Below, piece by piece: positions 1 to 7,440 of a stretch of 42,576 nt of DNA. Position numbers and translations under genes: made by a program. The DNA lies in IMG/VR virus record IMGVR_UViG_3300032272_000029, positions 1 to 42,576 of that record. One strand, 5' to 3'. Under the pieces are notes generated by a model, which was not told where the DNA came from, ran no database searches, and worked only from the letters and a program-made list of their open reading frames with translations. Position 1 is the first letter of the stretch. Every line of letters starts with the position of its first letter. The DNA comes from a virus (lineage: Duplodnaviria > Caudoviricetes).

Positions 1-127
1 CTTACAGTTTTTCGGACATTTCATGCTTGAAGAACCCTTGTATTGAGCGATCCTGATAGAGCGTCGACCGGGAGTACCACCTGACGGCGCGCGCCAACTT
101 CACCACCTCCTGAAAGGGGAGACCCAT
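1..127. repeat. Terminal direct repeat, left copy (circular assembly overlap)
   Basis: cttacagttt...gagacccat is identical to 42450-42576. 127 nt matches a common assembler k-mer. Confidence 0.95.
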
Positions 128-299
128 GAACGACCTCGCCGGATTCATAGCTAGCGCCTACGACCACCCCAGCCGAGTGGCTTGGACAAGCTCGCCGACA
201 ACCCGCGAAGCGCTTCTGAAGCAAGGATTCACGGACGTACGAAACTCACCTAGCGCTTGGGGCAAGACGGAGTGGTGTCTCCGAGCACCTAGCAAGTAA
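126..299 (+). CDS. Small early hypothetical protein (57 aa, MNDLAGFIASAYDHPSR...), not in the ORF track
   Basis: ATG at 126 after purine-rich SD (aaaggggag); TAA at 297-299. Confidence 0.6.
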   Translation: MNDLAGFIASAYDHPSRVAWTSSPTTREALLKQGFTDVRNSPSAWGKTEWCLRAPSK

Positions 300-362
300 G
301 ACGGCCGAGAGGGTGCCAGCGCGGGCCCTCTACTCACCCACTCTTCTGAAAGGGAAGATACG

Positions 363-557
363 ATGAACTTCAACCTGACCATTAACTGTGACAGCGCTGC
401 GTTCGAGGACAACCTGGAGGGGGAGTTAAACAGGATCCTCTTAACTGTGGTTAGCAGGATCGATCATTACCACGTTCCTGGGTTTGAGCTGCCGCTCCGG
501 GACGTGAACGGGAACAACGTGGGCGAGGCTTGGGTGTCGGAGGGTAGCCGTGGGTGA
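363..557 (+). CDS. Small early phage hypothetical protein
   Basis: SD aaagggaag. The pattern D-x-AAFED...E..RIL...LRD-x-NGN-x-VG recalls a recurrent phage early protein. Confidence 0.8.
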   Translation: MNFNLTINCDSAAFEDNLEGELNRILLTVVSRIDHYHVPGFELPLRDVNGNNVGEAWVSEGSRG

Positions 558-945
558 GTACGTGACGGTGGATATCTATGTCCGTGAGGTGGCTGACCTG
601 AGCCACTTCTCTGACTGCTGGGGTCATGAGGAGAGCATGGACGAGCGAGAGGGCTATGTCCTGGCGACGTTCTGTGAGGTGAACTACGGCGGGTTCGAGA
701 CGCGCGAGAAGGCGGCCAAGGCTGGGCTGGAGTTCCACGGGTGGCACGATGGCAGCAGTGGGTGCTTTAGCCCTTTCGCGTTCGTCACGGACGGCGCTGG
801 AGGGCTTCTGGAGGTTCCTGCTAACGACGACTATTGCCCGGTGGTTGCTTTGACAGACCTAGGCGAGCTGCAGGGCTTGGACCTTGCTCACGACTACCTG
901 GAGCACAGGCGGCGGCTAGAGCAGCTCTGGAAGGATCAAGCGTGA
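550..945 (+). CDS. Acidic hypothetical protein
   Basis: Translationally coupled to neighbours (8-nt overlap upstream, GTGA overlap downstream). Confidence 0.75.
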   Translation: MGEYVTVDIYVREVADLSHFSDCWGHEESMDEREGYVLATFCEVNYGGFETREKAAKAGLEFHGWHDGSSGCFSPFAFVTDGAGGLLEVPANDDYCPVVALTDLGELQGLDLAHDYLEHRRRLEQLWKDQA

Positions 946-1031
946 CTGACCCTGACCGAATCCTGATGCTGCTGACCCTGATTCTAGCCTTTGCCATCTT
1001 GGTCCTATTGAGGGGACTTGCCGATGACTGA
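942..1031 (+). CDS. Small membrane peptide, copy 1 (MTDPDRILMLLTLILAFAILVLLRGLADD)
   Basis: GTG overlaps the upstream TGA; single hydrophobic helix; paralog immediately downstream. Confidence 0.65.
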   Translation: MTDPDRILMLLTLILAFAILVLLRGLADD

Positions 1032-1122
1032 CCCCGACCGGATCCTAATGCTACTCACCCTAATCCCAGCCTTTGCCATCTTGGCCTTATGGGCCTACGC
1101 GGACGAAAAGAGGAAACGATGA
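1024..1122 (+). CDS. Small membrane peptide, copy 2 (MTDPDRILMLLTLIPAFAILALWAYADEKRKR)
   Basis: ATG at 1024 after aggggac; its stop overlaps the ATG of the next gene (ATGA at 1119-1122). Confidence 0.65.
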   Translation: MTDPDRILMLLTLIPAFAILALWAYADEKRKR

Positions 1123-1844
1123 AGAAGCCCAACCCCAACGGCCGGATTATCTACCGAGGCCCATCCCGTCTTGACGGCAAGCCCATCGTGGTTGTGTTGA
1201 CCGGCCTGAAGCCCGGCAAGAACGAGAACCTCAAAACGGGCCACATGCTGCAAACGCATATCCTTGTGGACACCATGAACCCGCATGAAGCTGTGGCGAC
1301 GGGGGCGGACATCAGTATCTGTGGCTATTGCCCCCATCGTGGCGTCGACGAACACGGGCTGCAGGTGAAGAAGCGCACATGCTACGTGAAGCTTTGGCGG
1401 GCCCCTGCAAAGGTCTACGCGTGTTTACATACGGGATCGGGCTACAAGACGGCCACGACGCCTCAGGATCGACGTGCGCTCGGCCGAGGCGCAAAGATCC
1501 GGCTCGGCGCCTACGGAGACCCAGGGGCCGTTCCGACGGCCGTGTGGCGACAGCTAACAGAGTTTGCGGAAAGCTGGACTGGATACACCCATCAATGGCG
1601 ACGCCGTCCGAGCCTTGCGGCCCTTTGCATGGCGTCTGCTGACACCGTTGTGGAGGCCAAGGAAGCTGTAGCGAAGGGTTGGCGTTACTTCCGCGTGAGT
1701 GAGACGACCGACATCCGCTTGGGCGAAGTGTTGTGTCCAGCCAGCAAAGAGGGCGGGAAGAAAACCGTATGCGCATCGTGTGGACTCTGCAACGGGACAG
1801 AGAGCAAGGCTCCCAAGTCAATTGTGATTCCACAACACGCCTAG
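1119..1844 (+). CDS. Cys-rich conserved phage protein, possibly Fe-S or radical-SAM-like
   Basis: Motifs IIYRGPSRLDG, N-x-KTG-x-MLQT, CGYCPHR...CYV, RLGAYGDP, WTGYTHQW, CPAS...CASCGLC. Likely start is the ATG at 1119. Confidence 0.8.
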   Translation: MKKPNPNGRIIYRGPSRLDGKPIVVVLTGLKPGKNENLKTGHMLQTHILVDTMNPHEAVATGADISICGYCPHRGVDEHGLQVKKRTCYVKLWRAPAKVYACLHTGSGYKTATTPQDRRALGRGAKIRLGAYGDPGAVPTAVWRQLTEFAESWTGYTHQWRRRPSLAALCMASADTVVEAKEAVAKGWRYFRVSETTDIRLGEVLCPASKEGGKKTVCASCGLCNGTESKAPKSIVIPQHA

Positions 1845-1860
1845 GGAAGGAAACGAGCTG

Positions 1861-2322
1861 ATGAGCTGGGAAATAGAGCACGCGGACACCCCGCCACCTG
1901 CAGAGATTGAGGCGCTACTCGGCCGAGACTTCGCCGACGACGCACCGGCAGTTTACGACAGTAGCTGGAAGAACGACGAATCGCCCAGCGTGACGTTCGA
2001 TCGACAAGTGCTCCCCGGTGGCGAGCGGTTCGTAGCCCTCTTCTGGTCACACGATGCGACCATCGCAGCCTACGGTGTTAAACGCTACGCCGTGAACGTG
2101 TGGGTCGACGGTGCCATCTCGCGGTGCTACGCGACCGATTGTGTGGAGGACGCCGTGGATTACTTTGTGGACGTGTCGCAGGAGATGGCAAAGGAGTCAG
2201 CGGACGTGACTGCGGTCATGCCACCCGACGCGATGAAAGGCTGGGACGAGATGTCCCCAGAGGATTACGCAAACTCTGAAGAGTACAAAAGGCGAGTCGC
2301 AGAGATGAAGGCGAAGGGGTGA
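1861..2322 (+). CDS. Hypothetical protein
   Basis: SD ggaagga; stop overlaps the MTase start. Confidence 0.75.
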   Translation: MSWEIEHADTPPPAEIEALLGRDFADDAPAVYDSSWKNDESPSVTFDRQVLPGGERFVALFWSHDATIAAYGVKRYAVNVWVDGAISRCYATDCVEDAVDYFVDVSQEMAKESADVTAVMPPDAMKGWDEMSPEDYANSEEYKRRVAEMKAKG

Positions 2323-3053
2323 TGCGTGGCTTGGCTTTATGTGCCGGGGTTGGAGGGCTCGAATTGGGCCTCCAATCCGCGATCCCAGGATACAAAACTG
2401 TGGGCTACGTCGAGCGGGAAGCCTTTGCAGCGGCCGTTATCGTGGCGCGGATGGCGGACAAGGCCCTGGATAAGGCTCCTATCTGGGACGACATCAGCAC
2501 CTTTCCAGCTTGGAGCTACGGCTCAAGAGTGGATCTCGTGTCTGCTGGTTTCCCCTGCCAGCCAGTCAGCCTTGCGGGCAAAGGGGAAGGACAAGATGAC
2601 CCCCGGTGGCTGTGGCCCCACGTTGCCCGCATCGTTCGCGAGGTACGACCCAAGTACGTCTTCTTGGAGAACGTCCCAGGACTTATCAGGCGAGGTCTTG
2701 CCCTTGTCCTCCAAGACTTGGCCGAGTTCGGGTTCGATGCGGAGTGGGGTGTGTTCAGCGCGGCCGAGGTCGGGGCCCCTCACCTCAGAAAGCGACTCTT
2801 CCTGCTTGCTTCCAACACCGACAGCGGGGGACTCGAAGAGGAGCGGAGCAAAGGGGTACTCGACGGAGAGCGGGAGGCACTCGGGCACGACCCTGACGGA
2901 CTTTGTGGACCGTGGGCAGCTGAACCCAGCGTGGGTCGAGTGGCTGATGGGGTGGCCTATCGGGTGGACAGATTGCGGGCTTGCGGCAACGGAGTAGTAC
3001 CGCAATGCGCGGCGCTAGCGTGGCAAGAGCTCAGAGGGCGATTTGAGGAGTAA
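2319..3053 (+). CDS. C5-cytosine DNA methyltransferase, alpha polypeptide
   Basis: Motifs I (LCAGVGG), IV (AGFPCQ), VI (LENV), VIII (GAPHLRKRLF) and X (RLRACGNGVVPQ). Motif IX is absent from this frame. Confidence 0.92.
   Translation: MMRGLALCAGVGGLELGLQSAIPGYKTVGYVEREAFAAAVIVARMADKALDKAPIWDDISTFPAWSYGSRVDLVSAGFPCQPVSLAGKGEGQDDPRWLWPHVARIVREVRPKYVFLENVPGLIRRGLALVLQDLAEFGFDAEWGVFSAAEVGAPHLRKRLFLLASNTDSGGLEEERSKGVLDGEREALGHDPDGLCGPWAAEPSVGRVADGVAYRVDRLRACGNGVVPQCAALAWQELRGRFEE
2326..2997 (+). CDS. Putative C5-MTase beta polypeptide nested in the +1 frame
   Basis: 223 stop-free codons inside the MTase gene, ending in LLPTPTAGD...LNPAWVEWLMGWPIGWTD, a motif-IX-like segment missing from alpha. 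Confidence 0.75.
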   Translation: MAWLYVPGLEGSNWASNPRSQDTKLWATSSGKPLQRPLSWRGWRTRPWIRLLSGTTSAPFQLGATAQEWISCLLVSPASQSALRAKGKDKMTPGGCGPTLPASFARYDPSTSSWRTSQDLSGEVLPLSSKTWPSSGSMRSGVCSARPRSGPLTSESDSSCLLPTPTAGDSKRSGAKGYSTESGRHSGTTLTDFVDRGQLNPAWVEWLMGWPIGWTDCGLAATE

Positions 3054-3291
3054 ACCAGGCATGGAGCTTGATATGGGAGCAACCGAACGGCAGTACCAGA
3101 TAGCGGCGGCCAACGGCGGGGCGGTATTTGAGAGCCTTAGCGTGGGCGAATTCTTCAAGTTCACAGAGCACGGTTCGCACTACCAAAAAGAGCAGGGTTA
3201 CCGCTGGTATAAGGACGTTGCGACGGGCAAGCGGGGGAAGGTGTCCTCCCCTGGGCAGCTGGTGTTTCCGCAGACGATAGAGGGAGGCTAA
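3043..3291 (+). CDS. Hypothetical protein, paralog of 3296-3589 (start may be 3061 or 3073)
   Basis: Shares A-x-GG-x-x-FE-x-L-x-x-GE-x-F...QK with the next gene. Confidence 0.65.
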   Translation: MRSKPGMELDMGATERQYQIAAANGGAVFESLSVGEFFKFTEHGSHYQKEQGYRWYKDVATGKRGKVSSPGQLVFPQTIEGG

Positions 3292-3295
3292 GACG

Positions 3296-3589
3296 ATGGC
3301 AGGTAGACCCATAGACCTGAGCAGGACGAACCCGGACCACCTGGCGAAGGCTTACGCGGCAGGTGGCAAGCTGTTCGAGGACCTCGAGGAGGGGGAAAAG
3401 TTCAGGATCAAGCGGCAGTCTGAGGAGTTCTGGCAGAAGGTAGAAAAGAACAAGGCCGGGCTGATCAAGGGTAACTTCAAGGGGTTGCCTATCGGGGCTG
3501 TAATCGAGTGCCCGCTGGATGCGATCGTCTATCCCTGTCAGCTGGTGGACGGAATTGCCCCCAGTAGTAAGACGAGGTTCAAGTCATGA
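3296..3589 (+). CDS. Hypothetical protein, paralog of 3043-3291
   Basis: SD ggagg; AAGGKLFEDLEEGEKF...WQK. Confidence 0.7.
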   Translation: MAGRPIDLSRTNPDHLAKAYAAGGKLFEDLEEGEKFRIKRQSEEFWQKVEKNKAGLIKGNFKGLPIGAVIECPLDAIVYPCQLVDGIAPSSKTRFKS

Positions 3590-3798
3590 AAGGACACGGG
3601 CATTGGGAGGCGCGCAGGCGCTGCGTTAAGTGTCGAGGGTACCTGAGCAAGGAGGCGATTTACTACAACAACGGGATCTGTCCCCTCTGCGGGCACCTCG
3701 GTTCCTACGCGGGGACTATCACGCAAACAGAGGCTGAGATAGGCCGGTGGAGGTGGCGTTGGTGGCCTCCCCGCTGGACATGGGAGGTGAAGTCATGA
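3586..3798 (+). CDS. Small zinc-finger protein
   Basis: CVKC...CPLCG; ATGA coupling at both ends. Confidence 0.7.
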   Translation: MKGHGHWEARRRCVKCRGYLSKEAIYYNNGICPLCGHLGSYAGTITQTEAEIGRWRWRWWPPRWTWEVKS

Positions 3799-3881
3799 TT
3801 GCAGGGTGGGTAATTGGCTGGTTGCTGTCTGTCTGTTGGCTGTCTGTGAAGGTGGGAAGGTTCTTGAAAGATGAGCAGTAA
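3795..3881 (+). CDS. Small hydrophobic peptide (MIAGWLIGWLLSVCWLSVKVGRFLKDEQ)
   Basis: SD ggaggtg; ATGA overlap; fills the gap between two genes. Confidence 0.55.
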   Translation: MIAGWVIGWLLSVCWLSVKVGRFLKDEQ

Positions 3882-4128
3882 GCACGGCGATGAAGACCTG
3901 GAGTTTGACTGGTTTCTACCCTGCGTGATTAAGGACACGGACATTGAGATGGTGTTGGACGTTCGCCTAGTTGTCAGCGTGAGCTTTGAGCAGGAAGACG
4001 ACGGCAGCACATCGTTCCACATCAACCATATTGAGGCTAACGGGGAGACTGAGCTACCTGTGGACGTATTCGAGGATGAGGAGAGCTTCCATAAGGAACT
4101 GACGGACATTCTAGCGGGGCCGCGGTGA
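3871..4128 (+). CDS. Very acidic hypothetical protein
   Basis: Coupled ORF, rich in Asp/Glu. Confidence 0.7.
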   Translation: MSSKHGDEDLEFDWFLPCVIKDTDIEMVLDVRLVVSVSFEQEDDGSTSFHINHIEANGETELPVDVFEDEESFHKELTDILAGPR

Positions 4129-4421
4129 TTAAGGGCAGCGCGGTTGCCAAGATGGGCAACTGGCAGATACGGCTGACGGCTACCAAGGGCAGCACGCTGA
4201 AGCAGGTGGAGACGTTCATGCGTCGGGCCCTGATCCAGTGCGAGCTGCGGAAGGAGAAGGGGTGCAAGAGCAAGGCGGCTTACGCGTTGGGGCTGAGCCG
4301 CTCCTCCCTGCACTCCATGATAAGCACCCTGGACCTGGGCGAGTGGTACCAGGAGAACTGGCCCCAGAAGACAGTGCAGAGGTTTAAGACGAAAGGTGCA
4401 GCTGAATGGGACGCGAAGTGA
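4125..4421 (+). CDS. Fis-type helix-turn-helix protein
   Basis: RRAL...GCKSKAAYALGLSRSSLHSMI matches the Fis/NtrC C-terminal HTH pattern. Confidence 0.75.
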   Translation: MIKGSAVAKMGNWQIRLTATKGSTLKQVETFMRRALIQCELRKEKGCKSKAAYALGLSRSSLHSMISTLDLGEWYQENWPQKTVQRFKTKGAAEWDAK

Positions 4422-4900
4422 GGCGAGTGCCACCAGGTTGGTTTCCTCCAAAGAAGCGGTACTTGAGTGGAGAGGATTACCACCCGCAATACGACGAGGC
4501 GTACGAGGTCGCAATTGAGGAGTGGGTCGCAGGCCGGGAGGAGTGGAAGACCAACCCCAAGTCGGACTGCTCTTACGAAGACTGGTATGGGTCGGCTCCA
4601 GACCCTGCTTACTACCGGCCCAATTGGACCGAAGAAGAGCGGACCCACTTTCAGTACTACAGTACGGTCAGTGAGGGCTCACCACTGTCTCCAGCATTCC
4701 CAACGATCGAGGAGTTAGCCAAGTACCTCGCCGAACATCGGGAGTTCAACGCGGACAAGCACCCCTCGATATTCCCTATCCGCACCTACGAGGAGTGGGT
4801 TCGCGTGCTAAGCGCTGGCTGGTCCCCTTCCCTTGTCATTTCCGAGGCAGGGATTGAGGACGGAGCAACCTACCTTGATAGGACGACAAGGAAAGCATGA
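4406..4900 (+). CDS. Conserved phage hypothetical protein
   Basis: MGREVRRVPPGW...PDPAYYRPNW...FQYYSTVSEGSPLSPAF motif set recalled from other phages. Confidence 0.8.
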   Translation: MGREVRRVPPGWFPPKKRYLSGEDYHPQYDEAYEVAIEEWVAGREEWKTNPKSDCSYEDWYGSAPDPAYYRPNWTEEERTHFQYYSTVSEGSPLSPAFPTIEELAKYLAEHREFNADKHPSIFPIRTYEEWVRVLSAGWSPSLVISEAGIEDGATYLDRTTRKA

Positions 4901-5583
4901 AGAAAGGAAGCGTGGCGGAGCGGGAAAACTACCGCTTCTGGAGGGAAATCTGCCCAGTGCGGGCGGAGAGGAAGAGCAGGAGGTGGACCCAGGCGAGGGC
5001 TGGTGAGCGGGCAGGGCTACCACATGCACGCGTGTCGTCTATCGAGTCAGGGCAGGAGTTGTCCCCTCGGACCTGGACGAAGAACGTGGTGTTGCTCGCA
5101 GAGGCCTTCAGGGAGGACGTGGAGGGATTCGTTATCCGCATGACCTCGTGGTGGCGGGCGAACCCTCGGAGGCCGCAGGAGTCGATACAGGGCTACCTGG
5201 CAAAGGTTGAGGACGCACGATGTCAGTTGTGGCTGTTGGACAACCCGTTCTTACTGCTTAGGGAGGCTAAGCAGCTGAGCGTAGAAGAGCTCTCGGAGGC
5301 TTCGGGAGTGAGCAAGAGCAAGATCAACGACCTCGAGCTGAGGGTCTCAACAGAAATGCCGGTCAATATGACCATGCGGATAGCTGACGCGCTGGGGGTG
5401 GACCTCGGCAGGCTACTGCAGCTGTGGGCTGACTGGCTGTACTCACACCCCAAAGGGAAAGCACAGGTGAAGGATGTTTTTAGTAAAACTCGTCGGCAGC
5501 GGGCAGCCGAAGCAAATCGCAGGGACGGACTGGTGGATCGGGCACGCGACTCCGGGCGGCCATCAGAAGATGGCAGCTCATGA
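4897..5583 (+). CDS. Transcriptional regulator with two XRE-type HTH domains
   Basis: WTQARAGERAGLPHARVSSIESG and LSVEELSEASGVSKSKINDLE...IADALGV. Confidence 0.8.
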   Translation: MKKGSVAERENYRFWREICPVRAERKSRRWTQARAGERAGLPHARVSSIESGQELSPRTWTKNVVLLAEAFREDVEGFVIRMTSWWRANPRRPQESIQGYLAKVEDARCQLWLLDNPFLLLREAKQLSVEELSEASGVSKSKINDLELRVSTEMPVNMTMRIADALGVDLGRLLQLWADWLYSHPKGKAQVKDVFSKTRRQRAAEANRRDGLVDRARDSGRPSEDGSS

Positions 5584-5743
5584 GGCGGAGGGCTCTCTGC
5601 ATGTGCGCGGGCCGGGTGGTGTGTTCGTGGTGGCGCCGGGTCAGTGGCAGTACATCGAGCCTGTTGCCAAGGAGGAGGCTAAGCCGCAGGTGGCGACCGC
5701 TAGCCGTAACAGCGTGAAGAAAGGGAAGTCTAGTGCCAACTGA
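5474..5743 (+). CDS. Hypothetical protein
   Basis: SD aggtgaagg; overlaps the XRE gene tail by 110 nt. Confidence 0.55.
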   Translation: MFLVKLVGSGQPKQIAGTDWWIGHATPGGHQKMAAHEAEGSLHVRGPGGVFVVAPGQWQYIEPVAKEEAKPQVATASRNSVKKGKSSAN

Positions 5744-6083
5744 AGCCTACTGGACCAGGGCTAACGTGGCCGTGTCCCTCTCCTGGTGTGACGGGGATCA
5801 CGGGTACGGCAGTTACTCGCTCAGGGTGTTGGGCGTTGGTGGTGACCAGAACGTGATCGTAATCCCCAACCAGTCACTGGTGAACACGCTGCTGTTCGCT
5901 GGGCAGGAGGCACCCGACTGCCCCGCGTGTGTTGAGTACAAAGGCAGGCTAGCCAAGGCCCTGGCTGAATTGCAGAGCCTGGACGCTGAGATTGTGGTGC
6001 TTAACGAGCAGGTGCGCGGACTACTGCGTGACAGGACAGCGCTGTCTGAGGAGCTGAACAAGAAGGTGAGGTTGAACACATGA
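5733..6083 (+). CDS. Hypothetical protein with CxxC and coiled coil
   Basis: CPAC followed by a heptad-rich C-terminus; ATGA coupling to YqaJ. Confidence 0.65.
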   Translation: MPTEAYWTRANVAVSLSWCDGDHGYGSYSLRVLGVGGDQNVIVIPNQSLVNTLLFAGQEAPDCPACVEYKGRLAKALAELQSLDAEIVVLNEQVRGLLRDRTALSEELNKKVRLNT

Positions 6084-7039
6084 CTATCACACCCGAACAG
6101 CTAGCCCGGCGCCGGAACCATATCGGTAGTTCTGACTGGGCTGGAATCATAGGGCACGACAACTTCAGCAGCAGGCACAAGGTGTACCTGTCGAAGGTCC
6201 AGGAGCTGGATTGGGAGGGTAACGACGCTACCCGGCGCGGCGACTGGCTGGAGAAGGGTATCCTCGAGGCAACCAAGTACGAGTTCGAGCACGACACATG
6301 CGTCACGGACATAACGGTTGCGGCTGACGACGGCGTGCATGAGGCGAACCTTGACGCACTCATGACCGGCGTGGTTATCGACGGGGTCACCTATGACAAG
6401 GCTGTTGTTGAGATCAAGAGCACGACTGCGTGGGAGGAGTGGGGGGAGAAGGGTACTGACGAGATCCCGCACAAGGTTATGTGGCAGGTGCAGCAGCAAA
6501 TGTACTGCGCCAACGTAGACATCGCGATTGTCACGGTGTTGCTGCCAGGGCTCGACTTCAAGCATTACGTGGTCAAGAAGGACTTGGGCCTTATCGCCTT
6601 CGCGGTCGAGACGTGCATGGACTTCTGGAAGAACAACGTCATGACGAAGACACCCCCCGAGGGTGAGCCTGACGCTGAGTACCTGAAGCTCATGCCTCGC
6701 AACGAGGGCACTATGGTCCTCGTGAACGACAAGCTCATTAAGGACGTAGCGGCTGCAAAGTCTGCGCTGAGTACAGCAGAGGAGCTAGTCAGCCAGACGC
6801 AGAACAAGCTTATCCACGCCATGAAGGACGGTGACGGAGCCCAGAACCCTGAGTGTGAGGTGCAGTACACGTACCGAGAGCAGAGGGGCAGGTCTTCCTA
6901 CGGTGTCTCCAAGGACCACACGACGGACGTGTGCCCCGAGTGTGGCGTTGGCAAGAAGGTGGGCAAACCGTTCCGCGTGTTAAGGGCGGGCAAGTACAAA
7001 GGACTATTAGATGTCGAGAGCACAGAAAAACCTGAATAA
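6080..7039 (+). CDS. YqaJ-like (lambda exonuclease family) recombination nuclease
   Basis: RRNHIGSSD, RRGDWLE, ANLDA, VVEIKST, QVQQQM; adjacent to RecT. Confidence 0.92.
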   Translation: MTITPEQLARRRNHIGSSDWAGIIGHDNFSSRHKVYLSKVQELDWEGNDATRRGDWLEKGILEATKYEFEHDTCVTDITVAADDGVHEANLDALMTGVVIDGVTYDKAVVEIKSTTAWEEWGEKGTDEIPHKVMWQVQQQMYCANVDIAIVTVLLPGLDFKHYVVKKDLGLIAFAVETCMDFWKNNVMTKTPPEGEPDAEYLKLMPRNEGTMVLVNDKLIKDVAAAKSALSTAEELVSQTQNKLIHAMKDGDGAQNPECEVQYTYREQRGRSSYGVSKDHTTDVCPECGVGKKVGKPFRVLRAGKYKGLLDVESTEKPE

Positions 7040-7178
7040 GCATGTTGCGGATAGCCTGGAGCACTTGCGGGCTATCGTGCAGGAGCTGGTAGAGCGTACG
7101 CATGAGCTCAACCTGCGAGTCAACCTACTAGAGGAAGGAGCGACTGTTGATAGATCCGGAGAAGCCCCAGTTCAGTGA
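7011..7178 (+). CDS. Small coiled-coil protein (55 aa, MSRAQKNLNKHVADSLEHL...), not in the ORF track
   Basis: SD aaagga; fills the gap between YqaJ and the next gene. Confidence 0.55.
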   Translation: MSRAQKNLNKHVADSLEHLRAIVQELVERTHELNLRVNLLEEGATVDRSGEAPVQ

Positions 7179-7440
7179 AGGCAACACGGACCTGTGCTGT
7201 GGGTTCGCTATCGAGAACGGGACCATGCAGATAATGGGGCCCAAGGGCGTCGGATACCCAGTCGACACGGTGCAGATGGTGTTCGGCGTCATGAAGGTGG
7301 GCGGAGAGCAGGACCAGTACGTGTTCAACATGACTAATGAGGTCCTCAGGTACTTCATTGTGGTGGCGGCAGAACGACTTCAGGAAGCAGCAGAGGAGGA
7401 GAACGATGAACAACCAAGTTGCGAAGAAAACAACGGGTAG
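7147..7440 (+). CDS. Hypothetical protein
   Basis: TTG start after gaaggag. Confidence 0.6.
   Translation: MIDPEKPQFSEGNTDLCCGFAIENGTMQIMGPKGVGYPVDTVQMVFGVMKVGGEQDQYVFNMTNEVLRYFIVVAAERLQEAAEEENDEQPSCEENNG

Noticed and set aside
1-127. 127-bp terminal repeat as a biological direct terminal repeat
   Set aside because: The length equals a common assembler k-mer and it ends inside a start codon; most likely circularisation overlap.
942-1090. Duplicated segment as a DGR template/variable repeat pair or mini-CRISPR
   Set aside because: Mismatches are not adenine-specific, there is no reverse transcriptase, and there are only two copies with no spacer structure.
3705-4514. 269-aa minus-strand ORF (also 1312-1881 and 2523-3005)
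   Set aside because: Antisense to tightly coupled + strand genes, with no motifs; shadow ORFs.
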